NCBI GenBank assembly: GCA_963714275.1
Contig: CAVQNT010000002.1
Location: 192,001-256,000, forward strand
DNA from: Candidatus Bathyarchaeota archaeon
GTDB taxonomy: Archaea; Thermoproteota; Bathyarchaeia; Bathyarchaeales; DTEX01
Direction of reading: 5' to 3'
Length of the DNA stretch: 64,000 nt
Numbering within the stretch: position 1 is the stretch's first letter; each line of letters opens with the position of its first letter. This document shows, piece by piece, positions 1 to 11,902 of the stretch. The notes beneath the pieces were generated by a model. The model saw only the letters and a list, made by a program, of their open reading frames with translations. It was not told the DNA's origin and made no database searches. A program made the position numbers and the translations under genes.

Positions 1-33
1 GACGGTTCAAGTAAAAATCACGGTACTACTACT

Positions 34-981
34 ATGGAGCGCGCTGAGGCACTGGATTTCGCTAAGGCGGCGCTTCATAACGCTGGCTTTGACGTTTCCC
101 GAATGTGCACTTCCAGAACAAGCTGTTTCGATTTTGCCGCCCGAAAAGAAGAGACACTCGTCTTCATCAAGGTCATTCATAACATACGGGACGTTTCCCG
201 AAGCGACGCCGTTGAACTCAAAATCGTTGCGAAATGCCTCAACTGTTCTTCGCTGATAATTTCGGACGTGAACGGCGAAGAAACGCTTAGCAACGACACC
301 ATCTACTCACGTTACGGTGCCCAAGTTGTAACCTCAAAGACGCTTGAGGACATAGCTCAAGGCACCTACCCACTGATCGAAGCGACTCCAGGCGGCTACT
401 ACGTGAGAACCGACGGAAACAAGATCAGGGAACGCAGGCACGAGCTCGGATTGTCAATCGGCAAACTTGCCACAATGGTCGGCATCTCAAGAAGAGCCTT
501 ATATGGCTACGAAAGAGAAATGACTCGGGCTTCCGTCTCAGCCACGTATCAGCTGGCAGAGATTCTTGGAGTGCCGCTTGTTAAGTCAATAAACATACTT
601 GAAGTCAACCTAGACAGCCCAAAAAAGGATAATCTCCCAAATAATCCAGACAGTAACGTAAGAAACCGTTTCCTCCGTTTCGTTTTGAACAAGTTTTCAA
701 AATTTGGTTTGAACGTTTTCGTCACGAACCGATCTCCCTTCGATTTCGCCGCTTTCTGCCCCCACACGGAACTCAAGTTAATCGTAGGTATCCTCAAAGA
801 AGACGAAGAAGGTACAGATGACCGCATGGAAGAGATCGCGAGCCTAAGCAAAGTGATAGAAATAAGGCCCATTTTATTTGGCAACGAAAATGTATCAAAT
901 CCTCTGGGCATCGCTTTCTTTAGCTTCGACGAACTTGAAAAAATACCAGATAGACAAAAGCTCGAAATCCTGCTCAAGTAA
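34..981 (+). CDS. Archaeal HTH transcriptional regulator (COG1395-like; central Cro/C1 HTH)
   Basis: Central HTH (IRERRHELGLSIGKLATMVGISRRALYGYE) flanked by duplicated FDFAA domains; APGGYYV motif typical of this family. Confidence 0.85.
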   Translation: MERAEALDFAKAALHNAGFDVSRMCTSRTSCFDFAARKEETLVFIKVIHNIRDVSRSDAVELKIVAKCLNCSSLIISDVNGEETLSNDTIYSRYGAQVVTSKTLEDIAQGTYPLIEATPGGYYVRTDGNKIRERRHELGLSIGKLATMVGISRRALYGYEREMTRASVSATYQLAEILGVPLVKSINILEVNLDSPKKDNLPNNPDSNVRNRFLRFVLNKFSKFGLNVFVTNRSPFDFAAFCPHTELKLIVGILKEDEEGTDDRMEEIASLSKVIEIRPILFGNENVSNPLGIAFFSFDELEKIPDRQKLEILLK

Positions 982-1635
982 GCCTCTTCTGGAAAACGCT
1001 ATAGTTTGCCTCCACCTTTTTCGCTGGCTCCCAAGACCTTCGAACGAACTCCGGAAAAGACCCATGCTTCCTCATCCACTTTTCGAGAAAAATTTTTGTT
1101 TCAGGATCGGAAGGATAACCTGACCCTAGGTTTCCATGAATTTTCGTGATCTCAGCAACTGCTTTGTCGCGTTCAACCTTAGCAATTATCGACGCAGCGG
1201 AAACCACAGGATAAGTACTATCTGCCTTATGTTCCGAAATCAATTTGACGTCGAACGGAACCTTCTCTGCGACGTGCTCAGCATACCTTCCAGGCAGAAC
1301 GTCCGAAGCGTCAATGTAGGCTATGTCGGGTTTGAGGAAGGTTATCACTTCAGCCATGGCGTGGGCTTCAAGCCTATTCAGACGGTGAAGCTTGCCACCA
1401 GTTTCGACAACTACGTCGATTTCGGCAGGCGTCAACCTCACAACATGATGGTTCAGGGCGATCTTGACGATTTGGGGCGCCAGCTGGCTTCTTCGGGCTG
1501 GTGAAAGGAGCTTGGAATCCTTGACGCCGAGAGCTTGAGCTTGTCTATTTCCTTGTCGTTGACCAATACTCCAGCTATGACTAAGGGTCCAATGACTGAC
1601 CCTCGCCCCGCGTCGTCGACACCGCACACAAGCAT
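974..1635 (-). CDS. rnhB: Ribonuclease HII (one frameshift near 1530)
   Basis: GVDDAGRGSVIGP in one frame; GVKDSK, HKAD, SAASIIAKVERD, GSGYPSDP in the next. Confidence 0.95.
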
Positions 1636-1669
1636 GTTTTTAACCAACAACAGCGCCTTAGTTTTTCAA

Positions 1670-2137
1670 TTAGAATTGTTGGAAGATGTCTTTTTCTTCC
1701 ATAATGTTGTTGCAGTAGTGGCACCTCAACCTCAGGGGATCAGCCTCTTCCATGTAAAAGATGGACTTAACGGGTTCGTTTCCGCTGTTTGAGATGCACG
1801 AAGGCTTGATGCACTTCACGATTCCCTGAACGATCGACGGCAACTTTACCGTCTGTTTCTCCGCGACCTTAAAATTCCGTATAATGTTGATTGTGGCGTG
1901 GGGGGCGATGAGGGCGATCTTGTCAACCTCTTCCGAGCTGAGTTCACGTCCCTCGATTTTTACGATGTCTTTAACACCGAGTCTTCCGCTCTGAACATTC
2001 ATTGCGATCGTCACGATCCCTCCGGAGCGTCCGTTTATACCTAGAATCTTTACAACGTCCAACGCGCGTCCCTTCGTAATGTGATCAATGACTGTACCGT
2101 TCTTGATTTTTGACACCCTTAAAGTTCCATGAGACAT
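1670..2137 (-). CDS. pyrI: Aspartate carbamoyltransferase regulatory subunit
   Basis: IKNGTVIDHI, KDIVKIE, zinc cysteines C..C and CHYC; divergent from pyrB. Confidence 0.95.
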   Translation of the reverse strand: MSHGTLRVSKIKNGTVIDHITKGRALDVVKILGINGRSGGIVTIAMNVQSGRLGVKDIVKIEGRELSSEEVDKIALIAPHATINIIRNFKVAEKQTVKLPSIVQGIVKCIKPSCISNSGNEPVKSIFYMEEADPLRLRCHYCNNIMEEKDIFQQF

Positions 2138-2316
2138 ATCAACCAAACCGCCTAAAGCTATCTATTAAGTTAACTGCATAAAAAATTAACCTTAACTAAA
2201 ATCACACAAACGCATTCAACATGATTCATTTGTGTCCTCGTCTTCATAAGAATGAACAAAGGTTAAAAGACTTAAATTCCTTTACCCAGTATTTGCTGTT
2301 TAGGTGCATGGTCGCC

Positions 2317-3252
2317 ATGAAAAGCGGGTTTAACTTCACAAACAGGGACATAGTCTCGATTAAGGGCTTCACACGCGATGAAATCGACTACATTCTGGAA
2401 GTCGCGAAATCCATTGAACCCATGGCAGAAAAAGGGTCAGACATGCTCCGCAGCAAGGTTTTGGCTGAACTCTTCTTTGAACCAAGCACAAGAACCATGC
2501 TCAGCTTCCAAACAGCCATGTATAAGCTCGGCGGAAACGTCATAGGCTTCGCTGAGCCTGGAGTTTCGTCTATCTGGAAAGGCGAAACCTTGGCTGACAC
2601 AGTTCGAGTCGTCGAAAAATACTCGGATATCATCGTGCTTCGCCACCCCCTTGAAGGATCAGCGAGGTTTGCCGCCGAATACGCTCAGGTTCCAGTCATC
2701 AACGCTGGCTCCGGAGCTGAGGAACATCCCACTCAGGCGTTGCTTGATCTTTACACGATTTTGAGGGCTAAAGGCAAGATTGATGGTTTGAACATTGCCT
2801 TGATGGGCGACTTAAGGTACGGAAGAACAGTTCATTCGCTGGCTTACGCTCTGTCGCTTTACAACGTTAAGCTCAACATGGTTTCGCCTGACCTTCTGAA
2901 AATGCGTAGCGAAGTCCTGCAGGACATCAGAAGCCGAATAGAGGTGACCGAGTACCGGGACATCGACGAGATCCTTCCAGAACTCGACGTGCTCTACGTG
3001 ACGCGCATCCAGAAAGAAAGGTTCCCCGACCTCGGCGAATACGAGAAGGTTCGAGGCACTTTTGTGGTAAATTTGAAGCTGCTGAAAAGCGCAAAGAACG
3101 ACCTTATTGTTCTGCATCCGCTTCCACGCGTCGAGGAGATAGCGGTCGAGGTTGATGCAACCCCGTTCGCAAAATATTTTGAGCAAGCCCGAAACGGCGT
3201 CGTGGTCCGAATGGCTCTTCTCGCGTTGGTGTTGGGCGCAATCAAAAACTAG
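2317..3252 (+). CDS. pyrB: Aspartate carbamoyltransferase catalytic subunit
   Basis: FFEPSTRT, HPTQALLD, RIQKER, HPLP motifs. Confidence 0.97.
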   Translation: MKSGFNFTNRDIVSIKGFTRDEIDYILEVAKSIEPMAEKGSDMLRSKVLAELFFEPSTRTMLSFQTAMYKLGGNVIGFAEPGVSSIWKGETLADTVRVVEKYSDIIVLRHPLEGSARFAAEYAQVPVINAGSGAEEHPTQALLDLYTILRAKGKIDGLNIALMGDLRYGRTVHSLAYALSLYNVKLNMVSPDLLKMRSEVLQDIRSRIEVTEYRDIDEILPELDVLYVTRIQKERFPDLGEYEKVRGTFVVNLKLLKSAKNDLIVLHPLPRVEEIAVEVDATPFAKYFEQARNGVVVRMALLALVLGAIKN

Positions 3253-3260
3253 ATTTTCCT

Positions 3261-6149
3261 TTATTGTTTGGCTTTTCTTGAATTTTTGTCGTCCCAGAAT
3301 TGTCGGGTCTTCAGGAACTGGATTTTGGCTTTTAGAAGGTCCATGTAAAAGTCGTCTTCGTTCACGTGCATCTTGCCAAGGATTCTGGATCCAGTTTCGG
3401 GTCCTACCCCTTTGACTTGTAGAGCTATTATTGCCTGTTTTCCGTAACTCAACGCCAAATCGGCTGCTCGACGGGCGGTGCTTAGCTCCTTCACTCCTCG
3501 TCAGCGAGCTGCTCTCCCTTAACCCGCCTATCAAAGAACCCTTTTAATTTTTCAGCCTCTTCCATTCGCCTAAGGCTTGCCAGAAGCCCAGCGCCACATT
3601 TTCCGCAGACTGGTTTTTCCTGAAGATCGCGGACTCTCGTTTCCGTGATCCAGTTTCTGCATGAAAGGCACAAAAGCACGATCTTGCGTGATTCTACAGA
3701 TTTTTTCATCCGTTCTATGTTGCTGACTAAAACCTGTCTGGGAGCCATCAGTTCAGGGACATCCGCGTACTTAGCCAGCATGTGGTAGGCGATTGGCGAC
3801 GGAGACTCGTGAGATAAGAGGGTTCGAATGTGGATGGCGCCAGACTTGATGGAAGCCATTATCCTTTTTACAGAGGGCAGGTCAACCTTTTCAGCCATGA
3901 CCTCTCTTATGGTTTCCTCGTAAACAGGCGTGTCCTTGAACCTTTCAGGCAACTGGGAAAGTAGTTCAGGTCCCGCCAGCCTTCCTCTTGGGAGGGCGCC
4001 GAACCTTTCGGCAATATGCTTCATCCTTTCAGGGAACGGGAAACGGGCTTTAAGGTATTCGCTGAACGCCTTTTCCACCGCGTCGTCGTCTAGGCTGAAA
4101 AGCATGGCTGGAAGTTTTTCGAGGTCTCGGGATTCAACTTTCCGAGGTGCCTCAATCAGAATGCGGAATGCGTCGTGCCACCAGCCCGTTATTAGGTCGC
4201 GGTCGGAGAGGACAGCGTCAAAGATGCATCCCAATGTGACATTAACGGTTTCGCCAAAGCAAGAGTGTATGATGAAGTAGTTGCCGAAGCCCTCAACAAG
4301 AATAAGATTGTTTGTTGGAATGGGTAAGCCTCGTTTAATGTGCTCGTTTAACTCGTCAGCAATTTCCCGTAAAACTTCGGGCTTAACAGAAAGTTTTCCT
4401 GCAACATTTTCCAATGCCTTCTCAAGGTCTCCCAGCCTTTTGAGTTCGTCCGAAATTTCCTGCCTTAGCCTTCCAGATTCTTCAGCAATCTCGATGGGCA
4501 ACGCCAGCAGCTCGCCGTCCCAGCCGGGTCAGCTGCAAACGGGTTCTCGGCGGGAATCACGTAAACTCTTCCTGTTTCGTCTTCGATCTGGACGATGCGC
4601 CAAACCTTTCCTGCGCAGAGGAAGTTAAGCCCGATTCGGGCTCTGAGAGCCATGAATTCTTCGCCTACGATGCCTATTTTGCTGTCTGAAACTACGTCGA
4701 TCACTGGGTAGCGTCTCTCATCAGGAATCATGGAAAGGTTGTTGTAGTAATAGCGTCTCGTCCTCTCCGTTTTGCCCAAAACGTCTCCTTCCATCCACAG
4801 ACTCCCTAAGCGAGCTGAGATACTTAACTACTTCGAGAAATTTCGCCTTAGATAAGTTTCGGTACGCGTATGCTCTGTGAATGATGCTGTAAGCTTCGTC
4901 GATTGTGACTTTACCCTTGTCCATCAGAATCCCTGCAACCTGATGGGCTAAAACGTCCAAAGAGTTTTCGTAGAAACGAATCGGCTCTGAAAGGTTCAAG
5001 TATGCCCGTCTGACTGAAGCTATGGCTTCCAGCGTGTCGTCAGGAAAAGCCGTTACTACGACGCCTTGAGAGACTTTGTCCAGTCTGTGCCCGCTTCTTC
5101 CTACCCGCTGGATAAGGCTAGAAACATGCCGGGGTGAAAGGTACTGGACTGCGAAGTCGACGTTGCCTATGTCGATGCCTAGACTCCAAAGTGCTTGTGC
5201 AGATGAGGGCTTTCAAGGCTCCGTCCTTGAACTTGTCTTCCATGGCGATCCTTTCCTCTCTTGACAGAGACCCATGATGAACCGCTATGTCCTTGGATAA
5301 TTCCCTAAGCTTGTGCCCAAGCATCTCAGCGTTGGTTCTGCTGTTGACGAAAACCAATGTCGAAATATGACTGTTAACAAGGTCAAGAATCCGCCTTATC
5401 CTCGCAGCAGCCTCAGGAGCAATGTTAAGGTCTCCAGCCAAATCGTAATCATGCTGGTCAGGCACGGGGCATTCGATTGTGTACCTGTAGCTTTTCGGAG
5501 GAAAAACCTCAACAACCCTTACTGGGCGGTCAGTTCCAGCGATGAATGAAGCCATTTCCTTCGGGTTACCGACTGTTGCGGACAACCCTATCCTCTGAAA
5601 CTCGTGACCTGTTACTTCACTTAGTCTCTCAAGCGCAAGGGTAAGCTGGACTCCACGCCTGTCTTCAGCGAGCTTATGGACCTCATCAATAATGACGAAG
5701 CGTACATCGCTGAGATTTTTTTTCATAAGCCCGCCTGGAAGGATGGCTTGAAGGGTTTCGGGAGTCGTCAAAAGCATGTTCGGAGGCGACAAAGCCTGTT
5801 TTCGGCGAACCTTAGCTGCAGTGTCTCCGTGTCGCACCTCAACCGTCAAGCCTAGAATTTGCGCCCATCCTGAAATCCTCTTAAGCATGTCCCTGTTCAA
5901 GGCACGAAGCGGAGTAATGTAGATGATTGAAATTCCTTCTTTACTAGGAGTCTCAAAAAATCTAGAAAAAACTGGAAGTAACGCAGCTTCTGTCTTTCCG
6001 CTTCCAGTGGGCGCCACCAACAGAACGTTCTCGCCATCCATGATAGGCGGAATAGCCTTCACTTGCGGCTCAGTTGGCGCGGATAATCCCATCTCAGATA
6101 ATGCCATGCGTACTTTTTCAGTTAGAAGAGAGAATACGCTAGTTCCCAA
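3261..6149 (-). CDS. lhr: Lhr-family SF2 DEAD/DEAH helicase (several frameshifts)
   Basis: APTGSGKT, TPLRALNRD, DEVH, GLSATVG, HHGSLS motifs; DVLAHQ winged helix; C-terminal Zn finger; collinear fragments. Confidence 0.9.
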
Positions 6150-6203
6150 AAAACTCTACCTGCAAATACCTCAGCTGCACTCAAATGAGTATGTTTTTTC
6201 TTT

Positions 6204-6722
6204 TTAGTCTTTACGGTCCGCGTTCTCGATATGTTTTAAAAGTTCCCTGAAAGCCACTTTGAATCCGTCTGCGAACTTTTTTTCTCCCGTCTTGATGCTG
6301 CGTTTGATGTCTTCTATGCTGAAAAAGCCTCCCTCAGTAATTTCGTTAGTATTAAAATTAACTCGCCCATTGTAACGGCAGATGTAAAGCATTGAGATTT
6401 CCTGTTCATTTTTTGTGAAGCTTTTGACTTTACCTAGCTGCAACAACTGTGCGTCGATGTCGAGTTCCTCCTTGAGTTCTCTTTCAGCTGCGTCATCATA
6501 GTCTTCACCATAGTCCACATGCCCAGTTGCTGAGCCCGTAAAATAGCCTGGGTAAAGGTCCTTGGACAGTGACCGTTTCTGGAGGAAGACCTCGTTTCTG
6601 TCGTTGACAACAAAAATGTAGACCGACCTGTGAATTAGGCTACGGTTTGAGTGGCATTCTTCCCTTGTCGCTTTTCCTAAGACTTTATCGTCCTCGTCTA
6701 CGACAACGAAATACTCAGTCAC
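6204..6722 (-). CDS. NUDIX hydrolase (IDI-like subfamily)
   Basis: GHVDYGEDYDDAAERELKEEL NUDIX box; HRSV and LQKRS; GTG start after GGAG. Confidence 0.85.
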   Translation of the reverse strand: MTEYFVVVDEDDKVLGKATREECHSNRSLIHRSVYIFVVNDRNEVFLQKRSLSKDLYPGYFTGSATGHVDYGEDYDDAAERELKEELDIDAQLLQLGKVKSFTKNEQEISMLYICRYNGRVNFNTNEITEGGFFSIEDIKRSIKTGEKKFADGFKVAFRELLKHIENADRKD

Positions 6723-6774
6723 TCCTTCTTTTCTCCAGAAAATATTGTTGTAGGTTTCCCTTATATAACGTGAA

Positions 6775-7842
6775 TTAAGACCTAGGTCCAGCACCAGCTT
6801 CTTCCAAAGCTTCGCAGAGAGCTTCGATGTTTTCCAAAGGAGTAGGCGGATAGATGCCCGCGGTGACCATGAGTCCTCCTTCAGGCGAATTAAGTGCTGA
6901 AACAACGTTATGTACGTGTTTTTTGATTGCAGTTGCGTTTTCCGAAGGGAACAACTTTTTGCCTGTCTATGTCGATGTCAATGCACACGCGGCCTTTCAG
7001 TTTGTTTTTTATGTTTTCGACGCCGTTTACGAGGTCCTGAGGATTCAATATTGACACTCCAGCCTTAACTAGGTCTTCGGCTATCTCGAGTATATGACCG
7101 TCACTGTGAAGGAAAACGTGGACTCCGTGTTCCCGCGCAGCCCCAAACATTATTGAATAGGCGGGAACCAGGAATTTTCGGAACGTCCGCGGATTAATGA
7201 CCAGCCTGTCCTGCATCCCAAGGTCGTCGCCGCAGTGAGAAGATCTACGCCAACCTCGAGCCATCTGCGAATAAGTTTCATGTTGTAGTCGAGAACAATG
7301 CCAATCAGCTTGTTAAGCTCAAGAGGTTGCAAAACAAAATCCTTCATAAGGTTAGTGAATCCCCGCAAATAGTAAAGCCGCTGAAACATGAAACCGTGAG
7401 GGCAAGACCCAACCGCAAGTTTCCCCTCTTTTTTTGCTTTTTTAAGGTAGTCTGTAGCCATTTCGAAACTGTTCGGATAAGGCGGATACCCCTCTCCAGG
7501 CACATTGTTCAGCTGAATCGGGTCCTGAGGTTTGAATGAAGCTAGAAGTTTCAAGTTTTCCAGAGGATGCTTAATCACCTGACCCTGAAGCCCGTCTGCA
7601 AGAAATGACCACACGCAGCCCCACTCGTCCGTGATGGTGTCTCCCTTGCGGCGGACTCCGAAATCATCGTAATCTCGGTTCCCCTTCTGATACTCATCGA
7701 ACAGCGTTGGGTGTCTCAGAACAAGGTCTCGCAGCTGTTCGCGGTATTTGTGCCAAAGAGGAGGTGAAACCGAGATGCTGCACGGAATCCATTCTGGACC
7801 CGTCATCTCAGCTGACCGTAAATAATTTTCCTTTACATCCAT
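6775..7842 (-). CDS. Uroporphyrinogen decarboxylase / MtaA-CmuA methyltransferase family protein (frameshifted)
   Basis: DEWGCVW, LRGFTNLMKD, GDDLGMQ, HSDG, PLENIEA across three frames. Confidence 0.8.
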
Positions 7843-7866
7843 TCTGTGTCACTATATAGTTCTCTT

Positions 7867-9266
7867 TCAGATTTGTATCGCCTTATTTGAGACTGCCCTT
7901 GCTGCTTCCATGAGAGCTTCACTTATAGAGGGGTGCGAGTGGACCAGTTCGCCAATCTCTTCGAATGTGCATTCTAATTTTATGGCCAAAGCAGCTTCAC
8001 CTATCAATTCCGTTGCGTGAGGACCAATCAAGTGGACTCCTAAAATCTCGCCTGTTTCTCGGTCGCAGACAACCTTTGCGAACCCGTCTGTTTCACCTAA
8101 GGTTAATGCTCTGCCACTTGCCTGTAATGGGAACTTTCCAGTCGCCACCTCATATCCCTGCTTTTTCGCCTCATCCTCAAATAAGCCTACGCTTGCGATT
8201 TCAGGCTCACAATATACGCAGATTGGAACTGTTTTGTAGTCCATAACTGATCCATGCCCAGCTATATTCTCGGCTGCTACTATGCCTTCTGCAAAAGCAA
8301 CGTGTGCAAGCATTTTGCCACTTGTTACGTCTCCAACTGCGTAGATGTTTGGCACGTTAGTTCTTTGATGATTGTCAACAACAATAAAACCGTCCTTTAA
8401 CACTATACCTATTTCTTCTAAGCCTATACCAGATGATATAGGTCGCCGCGCTTCAGCAATGAGTACTTTCTCGGTTTTAACGTGAATTTCTGATCCTTTC
8501 ATCAAGGCATCTACGCTAACTATCCCATTGGATTCGATTTTTACGGATTTTATAGAGGCGTTTACGTAAATTTCAATCCCTTTTTTCTTAAGAATCCTTT
8601 CGTAATTTCTGCTGATGTCAGCGTCAAACATTGAAAGAAGACTTGGACCAGATTCAAAGATTTTGACAGCTGATCCTAATGCCTTGAAAATTGCAGCGAA
8701 TTCAACTCCGATTAGGTTGCCGTCAATAACAGTGAGCTTTCTGGGCATTTCTTAAGGTTTAAGGCTCCTTTGCTTGTCAGGATTTTGTCTTCATCAACTA
8801 TTGCGTATGAAGGCTTAGGCTCCTCTGATCCCGTTGCTATAATTATGTTTTCAGCTGTAACAGTTTCTGCTTCTCCAGTCGGGTTCTGGATATGAATCTG
8901 GTTCTTAGAAATGAGATGTGCCTTCCCCTTAACAAAAGTAACCTTGTTCTTCTTTATCAGAAATTCCACACCTTGAATTAGGCGTTTGATGACAGCATCT
9001 TTCCTCGCCATGACCCTTTCGAAATTGACCTTTAAACCATCTATATGTACTCCGAGCTCTTCTGCCTTCGCAACTTTGCATAGGAAATCAGTTGTTGCCA
9101 GAAGCGTTTTTGTAGGGATGCAGCCTCGGTTTACGCATGTTCCGCCTATTATGTCTTTTTCGATTAGGACAACCTTCTTTCCAAGCTGGGCTAAACGGAT
9201 CGCTGAGACATAGCCACCTATGCCTGCGCCTATCACGGCAACATTGTATTGCGATGAGTCCGTCAT
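7867..9266 (-). CDS. lpdA: Dihydrolipoamide dehydrogenase (E3; one frameshift)
   Basis: GAGIGG, GGTCVNRGCIPTK redox disulfide, HSHPSISE C-terminus. Confidence 0.93.
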
Positions 9267-9305
9267 TACGTAACCACCGATAACAAATGAGTACGCGAAC
9301 CTCGT

Positions 9306-9490
9306 TTATTGGGTTTCAGATATTTCCTTTTCCAGCACCTGTTTAAGGCGTTGCACGAACCTTGCTGCCGGAGCATTGAAGGGTCCCAAACTTTCTCTTC
9401 GAACCTCCTTGTTTCCGGTAGTTTCCTGTACATCTTTTTCAAGGTTTCTTTCCCGATGTTTGCTGTTCTGGAAACCTCGGTTGACAACAC
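9306..9490 (-). pseudogene. Fusion remnant: N-terminus of 2-oxoacid dehydrogenase E1-alpha joined to C-terminus of E2
   Basis: GGAGG RBS, then KETLKKMYRKLPETRRFEEKVWD (E1-alpha-like), then APAARFVQRLKQVLE (E2 C-terminal helix); directly upstream of lpdA. Confidence 0.75.
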
Positions 9491-9570
9491 AGTATCCTCC
9501 AACTGTCATTTTCTATTAGTGTTTCTTAGGTTAAGACAAAGCATTGACGGTTTAAAGATTTACCCCAGAA

Positions 9571-10608
9571 TCACGAGGGGACGAGGAGAACTTTGAGGGC
9601 TTTCCGTTCTTCTATTAGGCTGAAACCTTCCTGCCACTTCTCCAATGGTAACTTGGCGTTGATTAACGGCGAAACCCGCATCATCCCGGAACTGAGGAGG
9701 GTCAAGGTGCGCCTCCAGCTCGTCCACACGGTTCCCCATGAACCCTTAACGTCCAATTCCCCTTCAACGATTGTGTCAAGGTTGATGTCAGACGGCTTTC
9801 CCGTAAGCCCGATCAAGCCCACTTTTCCGCATCTTCTGACCATGCTGAAGGCTTGTTTTCGAGCAGCAGAAGAACCGCTTGCTTCAAACACTACGTCCGC
9901 GCCCAATCCTTCCGTAAGGCTTTTAACAACATTAATTGGGTCTTCGTTCTCAACGTTGATTATCGAATCCGCACCAAGCTCCTTCGCGATGCTGAACCGT
10001 TCCTTGTCTGCGCTCACCCCAGATAAAATTACGTGTTTTGCTCCCGCAATTTTTGCAGCTTGAACTATCAGGAGCCCCATCGGTCCCGGTCCTAAGACGG
10101 CGACTACTTCTCCGGGTTCTACTCTGACTCTCTCAAAAACAGCATGGACAACGCACGCTGCGAGCTCAGTGATGGCTGCTTCCTCTAACGAGAGCTTCGC
10201 AGGAATCTTGTGCAGTATCCCGATTGGGACAGCCACGTACTTCGTAAAGGTTCCGTTGGCTTTATGGGTGCCCAGAATACGTTTCTGTTCTCCCGTGCAT
10301 CTGTTCGCATGGTTGGTTCTGCACATAAGGCATTTTCCGCACGGGATTGTCGCGGGGGACGTTACGCGGTCTCCCAGCTCAAAACCTGCCACTTCTGAAC
10401 CTTTCTTGGCTATGATGCCTGAATACTCGTGTCCCAAAACAACTGGGGGCGTATAAAAAGCAGAGTCGTGGTAAATGTGAATGTCGGTTCCGCAGATTCC
10501 CGTAAATTTCACCTCGACTAAAACTTCGTCTGGCTTAACTTTTGGGACTTCGATGTCTCTTAACTCAACGTTTCCTGGTCCACGTTTCGTCTTCACAGCC
10601 GCCTTCAT
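9571..10608 (-). CDS. Zinc-dependent alcohol/polyol dehydrogenase (MDR family)
   Basis: GICGTD, GHE, CGKCLMC..C, GPGPMG. Confidence 0.92.
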   Translation of the reverse strand: MKAAVKTKRGPGNVELRDIEVPKVKPDEVLVEVKFTGICGTDIHIYHDSAFYTPPVVLGHEYSGIIAKKGSEVAGFELGDRVTSPATIPCGKCLMCRTNHANRCTGEQKRILGTHKANGTFTKYVAVPIGILHKIPAKLSLEEAAITELAACVVHAVFERVRVEPGEVVAVLGPGPMGLLIVQAAKIAGAKHVILSGVSADKERFSIAKELGADSIINVENEDPINVVKSLTEGLGADVVFEASGSSAARKQAFSMVRRCGKVGLIGLTGKPSDINLDTIVEGELDVKGSWGTVWTSWRRTLTLLSSGMMRVSPLINAKLPLEKWQEGFSLIEERKALKVLLVPS

Positions 10609-11038
10609 TTCGTTTCCATCCAAGAATAGACTATAATACCTTGAGGGATTTAAAAATAAAGAGTCTGGCACAAGAAAACATTCTAGTTCTCTTCCAAAAA
10701 TGGGGAATTATCGTTTAGTCATCGATTTCCATGGGTTCGTCTGGTCTGATTTGTTCAACATCCAGAATTGTTGTTTGATCAATAAATGTTGTCTTCGAGA
10801 GGCTATCTGATTTGTGTGACATTCGAGTTTTCCGTTTGTGTGACAAACGCAGAGATTGTGAAAAACAAACGGTTTAAATCGTGTTTGTTCAGTTGTTTCA
10901 GGACAATTGACCCTTTTTTGTGTGGGTTCCTGCGCTTCAAAGATTTTTCTTTAAAAAGAGAAAGCTGTTATGGAAGGTCATAAAAGGTGAAGCTCTTATC
11001 CTAACAATTCATTATGATGTTCAGGCTTGGGAACCAAA

Positions 11039-11806
11039 ATGGACGAGTGGAGACTTTTGGACGATACGGTTTCGAATGGGGCAGCGATGAACGTGGCTAT
11101 TGAGGAAGCCATCTTCCAAGAAAAAATCGCGAACAAAAATCGTCCGACAGTACGTTTCTGGATGAACAGCCCCGCGGTGATAGTGGGTTACTCTCAAAGC
11201 GTTGAGGCTGAGGTTAACCTCGACGTCTGCAGAAAAGAAGGAATAGAGGTGGTTCGAAGGTTCAGCGGAGGCGGAACCGTTTACCAAGACCCCGGAACCC
11301 TGAACTACAGCATAACAATCGAAGCGGACAATTCTCTCGTTAACGGACAAGACATTTTACAATCTCAGGAGACACTTTGTTCAGGCATCATTGCAGCATT
11401 AAGGGCATTTGATATCCATCCCGTCTTTGAATCCCCAAGCAACATTCTATTAAACAACAAAAAAGTCTCGGGGAACGCACAGGCAAGAAGAAAAAACGTC
11501 GTTCTGCACCACGGAACCATTTTAGTCAATGCAGACTTGGGTTTGCTGGTTAAGGCTCTCGATGTTCCGAACCTTGTGATAACGGTAAAAGGCGTTTCAA
11601 GCAAGAAAAGCCCTGTGACCAATCTCTCAGACGAGCTAGGCTGGCTGGTTTCAATTGAGAAAGTTAAGGACGCTCTTAAAAAAGGATTTGAACAAGCCTT
11701 CTCAGTACATCTCCTAAAAAATAGTCTCAGCAAAACAGAAGAAAGGTTAGCTGAGAAACTCTACATGGAAAAATATTCTCGGAACGAGTGGAACTTTTGG
11801 CGTTAA
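11039..11806 (+). CDS. lplA: Lipoate-protein ligase A family
   Basis: RRFSGGGTVYQD, KVSGNAQ, HHGT motifs. Confidence 0.92.
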   Translation: MDEWRLLDDTVSNGAAMNVAIEEAIFQEKIANKNRPTVRFWMNSPAVIVGYSQSVEAEVNLDVCRKEGIEVVRRFSGGGTVYQDPGTLNYSITIEADNSLVNGQDILQSQETLCSGIIAALRAFDIHPVFESPSNILLNNKKVSGNAQARRKNVVLHHGTILVNADLGLLVKALDVPNLVITVKGVSSKKSPVTNLSDELGWLVSIEKVKDALKKGFEQAFSVHLLKNSLSKTEERLAEKLYMEKYSRNEWNFWR

Positions 11807-11902
11807 ACGTTTAAACTTTGTGTTTCTTTGTTATTGTGTGTTTGAACCGTTAATTAGAGCTTCAGCATATTGAATAGTGAGTGTGGCTCCTTGAAAGGTA
11901 AG

